IMG/VR virus record: IMGVR_UViG_2721755660_000001
Length of the DNA stretch: 64,000 nucleotides
Origin: a virus
Lineage: Duplodnaviria; Heunggongvirae; Uroviricota; Caudoviricetes
Direction: 5' to 3' (one strand)
The translations under genes were made by a program, and so were the position numbers. The notes beneath the pieces were generated by a model. That model ran no database searches. It was not told the DNA's origin and saw only the letters and a list, made by a program, of their open reading frames with translations. Numbering within the stretch: position 1 is the first letter of the stretch; each line of letters starts with the position of its first letter. Shown here piece after piece: positions 1 through 9,934 of the stretch.

Positions 1-1248
1 ATGGCACTGAATATTCCATTCAGAAATGCGTACTATCGTTTTGCATCCAGTTACTCATTTCTCTTTTTTATTTCCTGGTCGCTGTGGTGGTCGTTATACG
101 CTATTTGGCTGAAAGGACATCTAGGGTTGACAGGGACGGAATTAGGTACACTTTATTCGGTCAACCAGTTTACCAGCATTCTATTTATGATGTTCTACGG
201 CATCGTTCAGGATAAACTCGGTCTGAAGAAACCGCTCATCTGGTGTATGAGTTTCATCCTGGTCTTGACCGGACCGTTTATGATTTACGTTTATGAACCG
301 TTACTGCAAAGCAATTTTTCTGTAGGTCTAATTCTGGGGGCGCTATTTTTTGGCTTGGGGTATCTGGCGGGATGCGGTTTGCTTGATAGCTTCACCGAAA
401 AAATGGCGCGAAATTTTCATTTCGAATATGGAACAGCGCGCGCCTGGGGATCTTTTGGCTATGCTATTGGCGCGTTCTTTGCCGGCATATTTTTTAGTAT
501 CAGTCCCCATATCAACTTCTGGTTGGTCTCGCTATTTGGCGCTGTATTTATGATGATCAACATGCGTTTTAAAGATAAGGATCACCAGTGCGTAGCGGCA
601 GATGCGGGAGGGGTAAAAAAAGAGGATTTTATCGCAGTTTTCAAGGATCGAAACTTCTGGGTTTTCGTCATATTTATTGTGGGGACGTGGTCTTTCTATA
701 ACATTTTTGATCAACAACTTTTTCCTGTCTTTTATTCAGGTTTATTCGAATCACACGATGTAGGAACGCGCCTGTATGGTTATCTCAACTCATTCCAGGT
801 GGTACTCGAAGCGCTGTGCATGGCGATTATTCCTTTCTTTGTGAATCGGGTAGGGCCAAAAAATGCATTACTTATCGGAGTTGTGATTATGGCGTTGCGT
901 ATCCTTTCCTGCGCGCTGTTCGTTAACCCCTGGATTATTTCATTAGTGAAGTTGTTACATGCCATTGAGGTTCCACTTTGTGTCATATCCGTCTTCAAAT
1001 ACAGCGTGGCAAACTTTGATAAGCGCCTGTCGTCGACGATCTTTCTGATTGGTTTTCAAATTGCCAGTTCGCTTGGGATTGTGCTGCTTTCAACGCCGAC
1101 TGGGATACTCTTTGACCACGCAGGCTACCAGACAGTTTTCTTCGCAATTTCGGGTATTGTCTGCCTGATGTTGCTATTTGGCATTTTCTTCTTGAGTAAA
1201 AAACGCGAGCAAATAGTTATGGAAACGCCTGTACCTTCAGCAATATAG
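1..1248 (+). CDS. cscB: Sucrose permease CscB (MFS oligosaccharide:H+ symporter, LacY family)
   Basis: 415-aa ORF, highly hydrophobic multi-TM protein; sequence recognised from memory as E. coli CscB; sits next to argW as the csc locus does. Confidence 0.92.
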   Translation: MALNIPFRNAYYRFASSYSFLFFISWSLWWSLYAIWLKGHLGLTGTELGTLYSVNQFTSILFMMFYGIVQDKLGLKKPLIWCMSFILVLTGPFMIYVYEPLLQSNFSVGLILGALFFGLGYLAGCGLLDSFTEKMARNFHFEYGTARAWGSFGYAIGAFFAGIFFSISPHINFWLVSLFGAVFMMINMRFKDKDHQCVAADAGGVKKEDFIAVFKDRNFWVFVIFIVGTWSFYNIFDQQLFPVFYSGLFESHDVGTRLYGYLNSFQVVLEALCMAIIPFFVNRVGPKNALLIGVVIMALRILSCALFVNPWIISLVKLLHAIEVPLCVISVFKYSVANFDKRLSSTIFLIGFQIASSLGIVLLSTPTGILFDHAGYQTVFFAISGIVCLMLLFGIFFLSKKREQIVMETPVPSAI

Positions 1249-1689
1249 ACGTAAACTTTTTCCGGTTGTTGTCGATAGCTCTATATCCCTCAACCGGAAA
1301 ATAATAATAGTAAAATGCTTAGCCCTGCTAATAATCGCCTAATCCAAACGCCTCATTCATGTTCTGGTACAGTCGCTCAAATGTACTTCAGATGCGCGGT
1401 TCGCTGATTTCCAGGACATTGTCGTCATTCAGTGACCTGTCCCGTGTATCACGGTCCTGCGAATTCATCAAGGAATGCATTGCGGAGTGAAGTATCGAGT
1501 CACGCCATATTTCGCTATCAGGATTCTGTGTGATGGTTACATCGCCCGGCCCAGGGCTGTTTAGTCATCAGCGCTTTCTGACAGTGCTGAGATTTCAACC
1601 TGTTGCAGTAAAAATGAGTAGATATAAGGCAAGTGTGCTGCCAAACCCATCTTTTACGGGGTGAAGGTAGATTTCGTTTGAAGGGTATC

Positions 1690-1704
1690 TGGTGTCCCCT
1701 GCAG
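1690..1704. repeat. attR core (TGGTGTCCCCTGCAG), copy of the argW 3' end
   Basis: Exact 15-bp match to 47858..47872, which is the 3' terminus of the tRNA gene; flanking bases differ. Confidence 0.8.
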
Positions 1705-1794
1705 ACATCATACAGGCAATGTAACCACAGGGGATATAAAAGAATTTGTCGATGTGAGGAAATTTGTGCCCACTGTTGTGCCCGCAAAGGGAAA

Positions 1795-1998
1795 TCACGA
1801 TGCTTTTCTTTGAGGGGAGAGATGACTGAATTTCCAGTGTTGGTAGTCGGCATACATCCACCTGGATGATCGCCCGTACTTGATTGGCTTGGGAAGTTTG
1901 CCGGCCTTGATTTGGTCATAGAAGTATTTGGCCGTGTAGCCAGCATCCTCGATCATGAACTTCATGTCAATGAGTGAGTCATCGCGTAGTTCTCGCAT
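1795..1998 (-). CDS. torI: Excisionase / recombination directionality factor, TorI-like
   Basis: 67-aa ORF with strong RBS (TAGGAGGAT); clear similarity to recalled E. coli TorI (DSLxDxKF...YDxIKxGxLPK...RW); immediately inside attR. Confidence 0.7.
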   Translation of the reverse strand: MRELRDDSLIDMKFMIEDAGYTAKYFYDQIKAGKLPKPIKYGRSSRWMYADYQHWKFSHLSPQRKAS

Positions 1999-2078
1999 AG
2001 CTTATCCTCCTAAGCCAATGTCTTATACAGTTGCGGCCCATCCACAGTGGCAGGCCGTAGTTTGTTTTCTTGATGCAC

Positions 2079-2210
2079 CTAGTAGCTTCCCGAGTCCCAT
2101 TTGCACCAGTACTTCGGATGTTCGCTATCTGGTTCGATTAGGCTCTCAACGTATCCATGTATGCCGCCGGTCTTTAGCTGGACTATTGCGCCCACAGAAT
2201 ACTTAGCCAT
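2079..2210 (-). CDS. Small hypothetical protein (43 aa, possibly YodC/DUF2158-like)
   Basis: ATG with AGGTG RBS; N-terminus MAKYSVGAIVQLKTGG resembles the DUF2158 small-protein family (recollection only). Confidence 0.35.
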   Translation of the reverse strand: MAKYSVGAIVQLKTGGIHGYVESLIEPDSEHPKYWCKWDSGSY

Positions 2211-2406
2211 TGCACACCTGCCGGTTCGCGTAGAAATGAGATGAGAGCAGCCAGCGCGGTTAGTGCTGCGATGCTCCACATGATGGGATTCGAGTGCATG
2301 GGTAACTCCCAAAAAGAAGCCGCCCGTAGGCGGCAATAACATCAAGGGATGTGAGGCGGTGCATCGCACCCAATAGCCAGCTCATAACTGGCTATCAGTT
2401 GCGCCT

Positions 2407-2706
2407 TTAGTCTTCCTGTACCAGAACAGTGTCATCTGGGACCTTAATAGTAAGGACAACGCTATACCCCTTATCGTGAGTGCTGAACGATGTTTCCCAT
2501 TGTGGGATTGGCACATCTTCATCAACCTGGCAGATACCGATAGACCAACAGCCGATGTCGGTGTATGTGGCGATTACTTGCATTTCACCTTCAGCTGATT
2601 TCAGGTGATAGATGCCCGGATGATTGAAGCAACTAATCTCCTCTCGAATCGCTCCTTCGCACTCGAACAGGTCATCACTTGCTCCATAAAAACGTAATTC
2701 CTTCAT
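2407..2706 (-). CDS. Hypothetical phage protein
   Basis: 99-aa ORF with GAGGAGAG RBS; in the early-left operon orientation. Confidence 0.5.
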   Translation of the reverse strand: MKELRFYGASDDLFECEGAIREEISCFNHPGIYHLKSAEGEMQVIATYTDIGCWSIGICQVDEDVPIPQWETSFSTHDKGYSVVLTIKVPDDTVLVQED

Positions 2707-2794
2707 AATCTCTCCTCATGCCGCGCGCTGGGTTCAGCGAGTTTTATCCAATAAAAAACCCCGCCATGGCGAGGTTAGTTGTAGTGCACTGCTT

Positions 2795-3067
2795 TCAGTT
2801 TAGTGGGGTAGGGTTGTACTTAAATATCGCTTCTACTATCGCGTTATCTGAAGGTTCTTCACCATGCACTCCAATCAAAAACCCCCCTTTTTCTGGATAA
2901 ACAGTGCTAACCCGGAATGAAACCTGCTCTGCACCATAGCTAACTCTATTGGTGCCCGTAGGCGATAGTACTGGTTGACTGTTGAAGAAGTAGGATTCTT
3001 TCCCTGGCTCAACTTGACGCTTAGTACCATCGTGCCCTGCACCAAAAAGCATGATATCTTTCATCAT
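2795..3067 (-). CDS. Hypothetical phage protein
   Basis: ORF with AGGAGA RBS ahead of an internal ATG pair (start trimmed from the longer track ORF). Confidence 0.45.
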   Translation of the reverse strand: MMKDIMLFGAGHDGTKRQVEPGKESYFFNSQPVLSPTGTNRVSYGAEQVSFRVSTVYPEKGGFLIGVHGEEPSDNAIVEAIFKYNPTPLN

Positions 3068-3154
3068 ATGTTCTCCTGAATACAGACTAACAAATATTAA
3101 ACTGGCAACGTGAAGTCCGTAAATACCGCTGTCAAACAAGAGAATAAGGATGAG

Positions 3155-3373
3155 CTAAAGCCCCCTCTGCTTATTCTTCAGTTCGATCTCTTCCTGGCAA
3201 CTGGAACAGGTCTGGCAGCCGGGAACTACAGCACGCCGCAGCTCAGGAATCGGTTCGTCGCATTCTTCACAACGTTCAGCTGATACGGCGTTGCGGTTGA
3301 TGCGGTGAGCGGAAAGTGCAGCGTTACGCTGTAGCTCTTCAATCTCTGCTGCTGTGTCGATGATGTCGGCCAT
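3155..3373 (-). CDS. TraR/DksA-family C4 zinc-finger protein
   Basis: C-terminal CxxC...CxxC motif (CEECDEPI...CQTCSSCQ) typical of phage TraR/DksA-like proteins; GGGAG RBS. Confidence 0.7.
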   Translation of the reverse strand: MADIIDTAAEIEELQRNAALSAHRINRNAVSAERCEECDEPIPELRRAVVPGCQTCSSCQEEIELKNKQRGL

Positions 3374-3464
3374 GATCAATGCTCCCGGAACTGTCGGTTA
3401 ATACGGTTGAAGGTGAACGCCAGCAATAAAAAAGGCCGCCCGAGCGACCTGGTGATTAGAGCTT

Positions 3465-3806
3465 TCATGCCTCTGGCTCCGGAGGTGTGGGTGCCCAATG
3501 CGTAATGTTCATTTCCTCATCATCAAGGCTCTCAATCTGATAGCTCCATTCCCAGTCACCAGTTTCAGTCATACAGTCTGAAAGCCAAACTGAGCGCCAA
3601 CCAATGACCCAACCTTCACCGTTAGCGTCAAATAACAAACACTGCTGATTAGGAGCAGGCAGCCCATCATTTACGGAAACAACCTCTGATTTAATTGCAT
3701 CTTTCCACGCAACTGCCGCCAGCTCTCCGCCGAGAATGTTCATGCGGGAATGCACCGCGGGCTCTTTCCCGTCCTCAAAATCTACGACAAAAGTTACCTT
3801 GCTCAT
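3465..3806 (-). CDS. DUF551-like phage protein
   Basis: C-terminal HWAPTPPEP motif resembling DUF551 (HWMPLPEPP); same motif in the prophage 2 protein at 50731..51642. Confidence 0.5.
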   Translation of the reverse strand: MSKVTFVVDFEDGKEPAVHSRMNILGGELAAVAWKDAIKSEVVSVNDGLPAPNQQCLLFDANGEGWVIGWRSVWLSDCMTETGDWEWSYQIESLDDEEMNITHWAPTPPEPEA

Positions 3807-4021
3807 TGTTCTGCTCCGAAGCGGCGATTAAGCCGACCTGTGTATACGACGAACTCCAGGAGGCTAACTACCAGAGCTTCAATTTTCTTGTGATGCTTGT
3901 TGATGATGGGAGGCACAGTTTCGTTCCAGTTTGGCTTTGGCTTCTTGCGCATGGCCTGCTGGATTTCCTCGGTGCAGCGACGGCAGGCGGCGCGGATGGC
4001 GTTGTCTGTTTCTGGCGTCAT
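3803..4021 (-). CDS. Hypothetical phage protein
   Basis: 72-aa ORF, start overlaps the upstream stop (operon-like coupling). Confidence 0.45.
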   Translation of the reverse strand: MTPETDNAIRAACRRCTEEIQQAMRKKPKPNWNETVPPIINKHHKKIEALVVSLLEFVVYTGRLNRRFGAEQ

Positions 4022-4677
4022 GCGGCCTCCGTTTTCACAACATCAATGGCGCAGCCTGGCAGCAGTTCTACCGCGGCGGTAGCGCACTGATTTCCCCAGT
4101 GATGCCAGCCTGGCGCCGCGCTGCGGCTGAATAATTCAATGCGCGGCACATCGCCGTATAGTAGTTCCAGCCGGTGGCGCACTTCCCACGGCTTTTCGCT
4201 GTGCGCGCCGAGCGGGCTGTAGACAACCTGCTTAATCCCGGCGTGCTTTCGTTCCAGCCCGGCGCCTCGGGTAGCAATCAGCAGATCTTCGGTATTGGCC
4301 AGGGTGTGGTTGCCGCCATTCATGCGCGTCTCGGCGTTAAGCAAATCGAGGAAGTCGTAAAAGTCGGTGATTTCACCCTCGGCCAGCGCCTTGTTGATGC
4401 GCAATTCCGCGTTCTGATTCAGCTTCACCTAGGTAAAGCCCTTCATCGTACGAACTGTAAATCCCCAGGCTTCGGCCAGCTCTATCGCTTCCTGGTTATG
4501 CGTGCCGGTGTACCACATCGCCAGCACCGCGTTTTCGGCAGCCAGCTCCCAAACCGGCAGGCGCTTTATGTCGATGAGCTTCATGGTGGAGTAGTGGTCG
4601 GCAGCGGCGCCGTTGCTGATGGTGTTGCCGTAAGACCAGGGCGGATCGACATACAGAAGTGAGTATTTCGCTGTCAT
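4018..4677 (-). pseudogene. Phage DNA N6-adenine methyltransferase (DPPW motif) interrupted by an in-frame TAG
   Basis: N-terminal 82 codons (LLYVDPPWSY motif) and C-terminal 136 codons are contiguous and in frame, separated only by TAG at 4429..4431 (...KGFT*VKLNQ...). Confidence 0.65.
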
Positions 4678-4826
4678 GCCGCCTCCTGCCTTTCCCGATA
4701 TTCCTCAGCGAGTCTCTGCGCCTTTAATGGATTGCAGACCACTTCACCCCATGGCATTAGCCAGCCGTTACCAATGAAGGGAAGGCACAGAGTGCCAACC
4801 CTGATGTCGTCGTGAGCGTGAGTCAT
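4674..4826 (-). CDS. Small hypothetical protein (50 aa)
   Basis: Internal ATG of the track ORF 4674..4901, start abuts the upstream gene end. Confidence 0.3.
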   Translation of the reverse strand: MTHAHDDIRVGTLCLPFIGNGWLMPWGEVVCNPLKAQRLAEEYRERQEAA

Positions 4827-5251
4827 AGGATGGACTCCATTTCGTCGATGTAGAGGCCCTGAGCAATCAGGCGGCGACGGCGTGCGGCACGCGCAATGCA
4901 CTCCTGCCGTCTACCTTCCTGCGATTGCTCTATAGCGCGCCGTGTGAACAGGCGCGATTTACCCTGTGGCGTTACGACCTTTGGCTTCGTGACGAGGTCG
5001 AATGTCCGGTCACAGATGCCGTCCTCGTTGAGCCATTTTTCCGACTCAACTATTTGCGCTATCTGTCCGGTGCCGCGGGTGATGCCGTTGGCTACCCTGT
5101 TAAACTCAATCAGCGTTACGCCAAACTTCTCAGCGATTTCGCTACCGGTTATCGGGCGGCCACGCGTCTGAATCATCCAGATAACGCGTTCACGGAGGCC
5201 GGAGAATTGCCCTGTTCGCCCGGGCCTGCGGTAGAAGGGTGTGCGTTTCAT
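4823..5251 (-). CDS. Hypothetical protein with putative HTH
   Basis: ATG overlaps the exo stop (AAATGA); contains an HTH-like segment [13 protein letters not shown]. Confidence 0.5.
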   Translation of the reverse strand: MKRTPFYRRPGRTGQFSGLRERVIWMIQTRGRPITGSEIAEKFGVTLIEFNRVANGITRGTGQIAQIVESEKWLNEDGICDRTFDLVTKPKVVTPQGKSRLFTRRAIEQSQEGRRQECIARAARRRRLIAQGLYIDEMESIL

Positions 5252-5934
5252 TTCCACTGCTCCCCGAACGTGAAGCCGATTTCCGCCAGCGCCTCGTCCA
5301 TCTTCTCGATGAACTCCGGCACCATTTCGTTGAAATCGGATATGTACTGCGGATCCCGCTCAACGACGACGTGGTGAATACCTTCGCGTTTCATGCGCGG
5401 GTCGTAGTTGGCAAAGAACCAGGCGTCTTTCCCGGTCACCCACATGCTGTACTGCACCTGGGCCATGTACGCAGACTTGATGGCTTCGAAACCGCCAAGG
5501 CGGAACTTCATGAAGTCGCGGGAGGTGAACGGGCATTTAAGCTCAAGGCCGAACCCGTTACTGCACAGGCCGTCAGGGGAGCACGCGGTGCGCATGCTCT
5601 CGTCACGGAACAAGATCGGAGACTCCGTAACTTTCACGTCCGTGGTGAACTCGAAGAGGGTGCGGGCGTCTTCCTCGTACTGCTTGCCCCAAGCGAGAGC
5701 CTTGGCGTTAACCTCTGGTGCGACGCCGGTGCATACCTCTGCGAGTAGAGTGTGGAAGTAGGACATTTTCATGTCTGTCCATTTGGTGCCAGATCGAGGC
5801 TTGGAAATGACGTTGTGAGCGTCAGAGGCAGTAATAACTCCGAGTCTCGCCCTTGCCCATGTCTCGCTGCCTTGCTCAATTTGTGCAATTGGCCCAAATA
5901 TTTGCTCAAATTTAATGAGCCACCTGTTATCCAT
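5248..5934 (-). CDS. Lambda Exo-like 5'-3' exonuclease (YqaJ family)
   Basis: Strong similarity to lambda Exo (LGVITAS..HNV..KPRSG...[18 protein letters not shown]...); start set at the ATG with AAGGAGAGGAAG RBS. Confidence 0.88.
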   Translation of the reverse strand: MDNRWLIKFEQIFGPIAQIEQGSETWARARLGVITASDAHNVISKPRSGTKWTDMKMSYFHTLLAEVCTGVAPEVNAKALAWGKQYEEDARTLFEFTTDVKVTESPILFRDESMRTACSPDGLCSNGFGLELKCPFTSRDFMKFRLGGFEAIKSAYMAQVQYSMWVTGKDAWFFANYDPRMKREGIHHVVVERDPQYISDFNEMVPEFIEKMDEALAEIGFTFGEQWK

Positions 5935-6547
5935 ACTTCCTCTCCTTACGGCAGTTGGCTCTTGGCGGGATGTTAATGCCTCTATTGTTGTAGCCATGAC
6001 ACCATTTGTGGATGGTTGCTGGTTTCACACCAAAATGATTCGCTGCGGCTCCGGCGCTTTCAAAACGCAACCCATCAACAAACCAGTAAAACGATGTACT
6101 TCTGTTTTCCGCCTGCTTGGTAAGCGTTGCCCATCTGCAATTGTCTTTTGAATACGGGCCTTCATTGTTCTTCCGATTTAGCTGATGCTTAGGCGTAGGA
6201 GGTGGCCCCATATCTTCAAGAAATAGCTCGAACGTCAGCCATCTTTCGCAGATACCGCGCTTACTGTATTTTTCGAAGTCTTTGTTGTTCGGGTTCGTGC
6301 AGCGGTTTTTCATTCCGCTCCAAATCCTGTAAACGAGGGTATTGCGCTGGCCGTGAGTGGTGTTTTTTCCTGTCATGCATCCGCAGCTGCTTATTGAGTT
6401 GTTTTTAAGCTGATTTGCGGCTCTATGGCAGGAATTACCGCACACACAAAGGCATAGATACATCCTTCTACCTCTCAGCATGTGCGAGTATTCTTTGACG
6501 GTTAAGTGCCCGTATTTTTCACCGGGCATAAGTGGATTGGCGTTCAT
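5927..6547 (-). CDS. Cys-rich putative HNH/homing-endonuclease-like DNA-binding protein
   Basis: 206-aa ORF translationally coupled to recT (ATGA overlap); Cys clusters and a C-terminal NUMOD-like segment; sits between exo and recT, which are directly adjacent in prophage 2. Confidence 0.5.
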   Translation of the reverse strand: MNANPLMPGEKYGHLTVKEYSHMLRGRRMYLCLCVCGNSCHRAANQLKNNSISSCGCMTGKNTTHGQRNTLVYRIWSGMKNRCTNPNNKDFEKYSKRGICERWLTFELFLEDMGPPPTPKHQLNRKNNEGPYSKDNCRWATLTKQAENRSTSFYWFVDGLRFESAGAAANHFGVKPATIHKWCHGYNNRGINIPPRANCRKERKYG

Positions 6548-7461
6548 GCTGCCGCCTTTTGCCTGAGGAACCCGAGAGCCTTAACACCATCCAGTTCTGT
6601 CAGGTCGGCTGGCTGCGAGATAGGGCGTTTGAAAATGCGTGAACAGAGAGGGAGAAGATCGGCATCCCACGTCTTATCCAAAGAGACAAGCAGGTCATTA
6701 ATCTCTTTCTGCGTGGTTTCGCTAAGCGGCGTTATATCGCGCTCAGGCTGACGCTCTGCTGTAAAGTTGATACCTTCTTCGCCCTCGGTATTAACGTGGT
6801 CGATGGCGGCATCCAGGCGCTCACGGCGAGGCCAGTATTTTGCTGCCTGCTTCACGACCGTCTTGAGGATCATCTGCTCTTCGTCTGTGACCCAAGGACA
6901 CTTTTTGCTGTTGTCAGATTTGTACTTCTTCCATGCTTCAGACCGGTCACGGATGGAGTAGATGGCATCGATGCGCATCGTATGGGTGAGGTAATCACCA
7001 TCGTCAGTTTTTACCGTTACATACGCGCCTACGATGTCCCCGCGCTGCTCTTCAGTATCGAAGTCGTTGTAGATGTGGATCGGCGGCTTATCGAGCCCCT
7101 CGCGGCGGAACTGATCGTTTCTGCGAACAATTGCTGACTGGCACCATTTGATGGCGCCAGATTGCTGCGCGATGTGCATCAGGCCCATGTAACTGATGTC
7201 AAGGCAAATAGCCCCTTTACGCGGAACCAGGTAAGCCAGCTTCTGTGCTGGGTTTAGCGAAATACCGATGGCCGCAACGTTGATGATCGCGTTCTGCGTG
7301 CTAGTCTGGTTCTGGAATGCAACTTTCGCGAGGTAGTCGTTGTTCTGAAATAGCTGGATGGCGAACTGACTTTCCTTCGCCCACACCATCCGCTCGTCAG
7401 TGGCCGCCTTAATGAAAAGCGGCTCCTGTTGTTTGACGAAATCAACAAGGGTTAAGCTCAT
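6544..7461 (-). CDS. recT: RecT/Bet-family single-strand annealing recombinase
   Basis: 305 aa, AAGGAGGG RBS; homologous to the prophage 2 protein at 56170..57120; immediately upstream of exo. Confidence 0.85.
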   Translation of the reverse strand: MSLTLVDFVKQQEPLFIKAATDERMVWAKESQFAIQLFQNNDYLAKVAFQNQTSTQNAIINVAAIGISLNPAQKLAYLVPRKGAICLDISYMGLMHIAQQSGAIKWCQSAIVRRNDQFRREGLDKPPIHIYNDFDTEEQRGDIVGAYVTVKTDDGDYLTHTMRIDAIYSIRDRSEAWKKYKSDNSKKCPWVTDEEQMILKTVVKQAAKYWPRRERLDAAIDHVNTEGEEGINFTAERQPERDITPLSETTQKEINDLLVSLDKTWDADLLPLCSRIFKRPISQPADLTELDGVKALGFLRQKAAA

Positions 7462-7470
7462 AATCCCTCC

Positions 7471-7755
7471 TTAGAACGGGCAGCCGGTACGGTGTTCCCA
7501 GTCGTATTCCGCCTGGGCGTAAGCAACTGCCGAAATGAAATCGTTGTAGGCCTCGCCAGCTTTATCGCTGCGAAGTCCTTCGTATGGGCTGGAGTCAATC
7601 GGTATGGAGAAGTGGAAGAGGCCGGACGGCTCTTTTGGCATCATGTCGATGATTTTCTGTGCCCGGTCGTCGATCCACTTCTCTTTCTCGTCGTCGAGCT
7701 GCTGCTCAACCCAGCGCCGATCTTCGATTCGGTCGTAAGTGAGGTATGCGTTCAT
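7471..7755 (-). CDS. Conserved hypothetical phage protein
   Basis: 94 aa, AGGAG RBS; clear paralog of 57138..57419 in prophage 2 (MNAYLT.DRIE.RRWV.QQ..DEK.KWIDDRAQ). Confidence 0.6.
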   Translation of the reverse strand: MNAYLTYDRIEDRRWVEQQLDDEKEKWIDDRAQKIIDMMPKEPSGLFHFSIPIDSSPYEGLRSDKAGEAYNDFISAVAYAQAEYDWEHRTGCPF

Positions 7756-7827
7756 GGCTGAACTCCTGAAATTTGGATGTGCAGATCCCGCCCGCGTAAT
7801 GCCAGGCCGATCGGTTGAATAGGGTGG

Positions 7828-8025
7828 TTACTGCTGTGCGATGGATTTCGCCGGGAACTCGCCGTTGCGGAGGATGCTTTCTACCGGCCAGCACTCAGCT
7901 GACACTTTCTGCTCTGTAGCTGCCTGGCTGCATTCCTGCTGGCTGTCGTAAACGCCGAGAATGACATCCTGATAATCACCGTTTGTCATTGCTACGGTCA
8001 GGACGAGCGCGAATAAAGTTTCCAT
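7828..8025 (-). CDS. Small hypothetical protein (65 aa)
   Basis: ATG preceded by GGGAGGA; hydrophobic N-terminus. Confidence 0.35.
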   Translation of the reverse strand: METLFALVLTVAMTNGDYQDVILGVYDSQQECSQAATEQKVSAECWPVESILRNGEFPAKSIAQQ

Positions 8026-8682
8026 CAGTGAAGAGTCCTCCCGATGGCGACGGCGTAAAGACGCTTTGCTTCTTCCCACGCCGGAGCATTGCGATGGAGT
8101 ACCGCGAACGACGCTAGCCGTTGGGCCTCTCTGATCTGCTGCTGGTTTACCATGATTTCCTCTTGGCCTTATCGCGGCGAACGGAACGTTAAACAAGACT
8201 TCTGCGCTAATGGGCGGTGGATGGCCGCCGGCTGTCATAAATGGGCAGACTCGAAAATCTGCCTATGTATGGCCGATAAAAAACCCGCCGGAGCGGGTCT
8301 ATTTGATGCGTCTTACTAACTGCCCCTGGACATTCACCCCGTCACCCGGCTGCAGCCTCCATAACTCTGAAAGTTGCAGATCCGTCCATGCGCGAAAATC
8401 AATCAACTCACGCAAAGAAAATCCTTTCTGATGATTAACCTCAAATTCTGGCATCGCCTTACCCTCTGTCGTTACCCGCTGATGCGGGAGAAATGCTTTG
8501 TGGTGCAGCGCCGGGTGCTTATCTTCCGGTTGCCGTCGATGCAGCTGCAATTCACTGCACTACAAAACATTCCAGTTATTGCCGGGGTATTTATCCGCGC
8601 CCGGCGCGCGCTTTCCCGCTATTCCCCAACAGCAAGAAATCGCTTACTCTTTAATCTCCCCAACAGTAGAAAGGATATATTC

Positions 8683-8904
8683 ATGCAAACCATGCGGACC
8701 GTGTGCCCTGACTGCGGAAGTGAGATGTTCAACCAGCCCGATGATTTTGACTTTGAGACAAATTTCACCGGCGTCAGTTGTGCTGACTGTGGTCGAGAAA
8801 TCACTAAGGACGATGTTGTCAATCAGGCCACGGACACGGTCAAAAAACAGATCGACGACATGCTCAGGAATTCCCTGAAAGGAACTGGCTGGAAGTTCAA
8901 GTAA
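8683..8904 (+). CDS. Small zinc-ribbon protein (73 aa), strand assignment uncertain
   Basis: AAAGGA RBS, two CxxC pairs (CPDCG...CADCG); fully overlaps an antisense ORF (8644..8985) that fits the operon direction better. Confidence 0.3.
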   Translation: MQTMRTVCPDCGSEMFNQPDDFDFETNFTGVSCADCGREITKDDVVNQATDTVKKQIDDMLRNSLKGTGWKFK

Positions 8905-9335
8905 CTTTAAAAGCTCCCCGGCCTGGGTAAGCACCTCGCTGGCGTCTACGTTAAGCAGTAGTGGCGCCGTTTTTTTATCTGCCATACACACCCCTCTGTT
9001 TGTTTACCGTCAGCCCCTCGCAAAGAGCTGCTGGTAAATCGCTTTGCCATAATTGCCGCTCTTCCTGAGCCCGCCTATGGTCCGACGCATGGTTTACTGT
9101 CGCGCCGTTCGACTGACCAAATCTCCACTTCGCCGCTGGCTAACTTCGCTCAGCTGTCGATGTTTCGTTTCGATGGATTGATAATGTACCAATAGTTCAT
9201 TCATGTAAAGTACCATAAGTACATTTTCTGTGAATGGAAAGTTCATATGCAATTATCTTTATGAACTTTAAGGAGAAATATTTTTGAGTTTTTTATTGAT
9301 TGAGGCGAGGGGGGGGATGGGGCTGGTTTGATTTA

Positions 9336-9923
9336 TTAGAGGTTCGTCACATCAACAAGCCTTGTGTGACCATTGAAAGTTGCGAAAAGTCCGCCGTCTG
9401 GCTCAACTACTGAAAGTTCAGCGTATCGAAGGAAGTCTGTTTTGATAACGGACATCAACACCTCTCCGGTATCAATGTTTATGACCTCAAGCCGGTGCGC
9501 GTAAAAATCATCTTTGTTTTTGCTGCCGGCAAACGATAGGGCGATGTAGCGCCCAAATTCAGATATGGACGAACTGATGAGGTGAGTGGAAGTTTCTATC
9601 TTGAATAACTCTTTCCCGGTGTTATCCATGACTATGGCTGCAGCCATGTTGTTGTCTTTGCCGGTATGTATAGAAAATAAAAATCGCCCGTTAACAGCTA
9701 TGCATTGAGGCTTAGGAGAAAGCTGCCCGCCGAGCTTAACCATAAACATGAATTTTTCATTCTTCAATACCGCCAGAGTGTCATCTCTGAGATTGCTTTC
9801 ATCACGCTTGAAAGCACCTAGCTGCCAACATTTATCGTGGCTTAATTTGCAGGTGATGAAGTGGTCGCCAAGCTCGTATAAGGCGCTTCCATCACTCAGA
9901 TCTGTAACCTTAATTGCTTCCAT
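9336..9923 (-). CDS. Hypothetical protein in the cI-downstream (rex-equivalent) slot
   Basis: 195-aa ORF, GAGGAAG RBS, directly downstream of and co-oriented with the repressor; no recognisable motif. Confidence 0.6.
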   Translation of the reverse strand: MEAIKVTDLSDGSALYELGDHFITCKLSHDKCWQLGAFKRDESNLRDDTLAVLKNEKFMFMVKLGGQLSPKPQCIAVNGRFLFSIHTGKDNNMAAAIVMDNTGKELFKIETSTHLISSSISEFGRYIALSFAGSKNKDDFYAHRLEVINIDTGEVLMSVIKTDFLRYAELSVVEPDGGLFATFNGHTRLVDVTNL

Positions 9924-9934
9924 GCTTAACTTCC

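Noticed and set aside
1249..1689. Remnant host gene between cscB and attR.
   Set aside because: No convincing ORF or recognisable similarity; only a hairpin after cscB that may be its terminator.
1518..1998. Overlapping track ORFs (1518..1946, 1595..1861, 1633..1869) across the host-prophage junction.
   Set aside because: They span the att core, overlap each other and the excisionase, and have no RBS or recognisable product.
8644..8985. 115-aa minus-strand ORF at the N-gene position, candidate antiterminator.
   Set aside because: Not Arg-rich and unlike lambda N; it fully overlaps a plus-strand zinc-ribbon ORF with a good RBS, so neither strand can be preferred from sequence alone.
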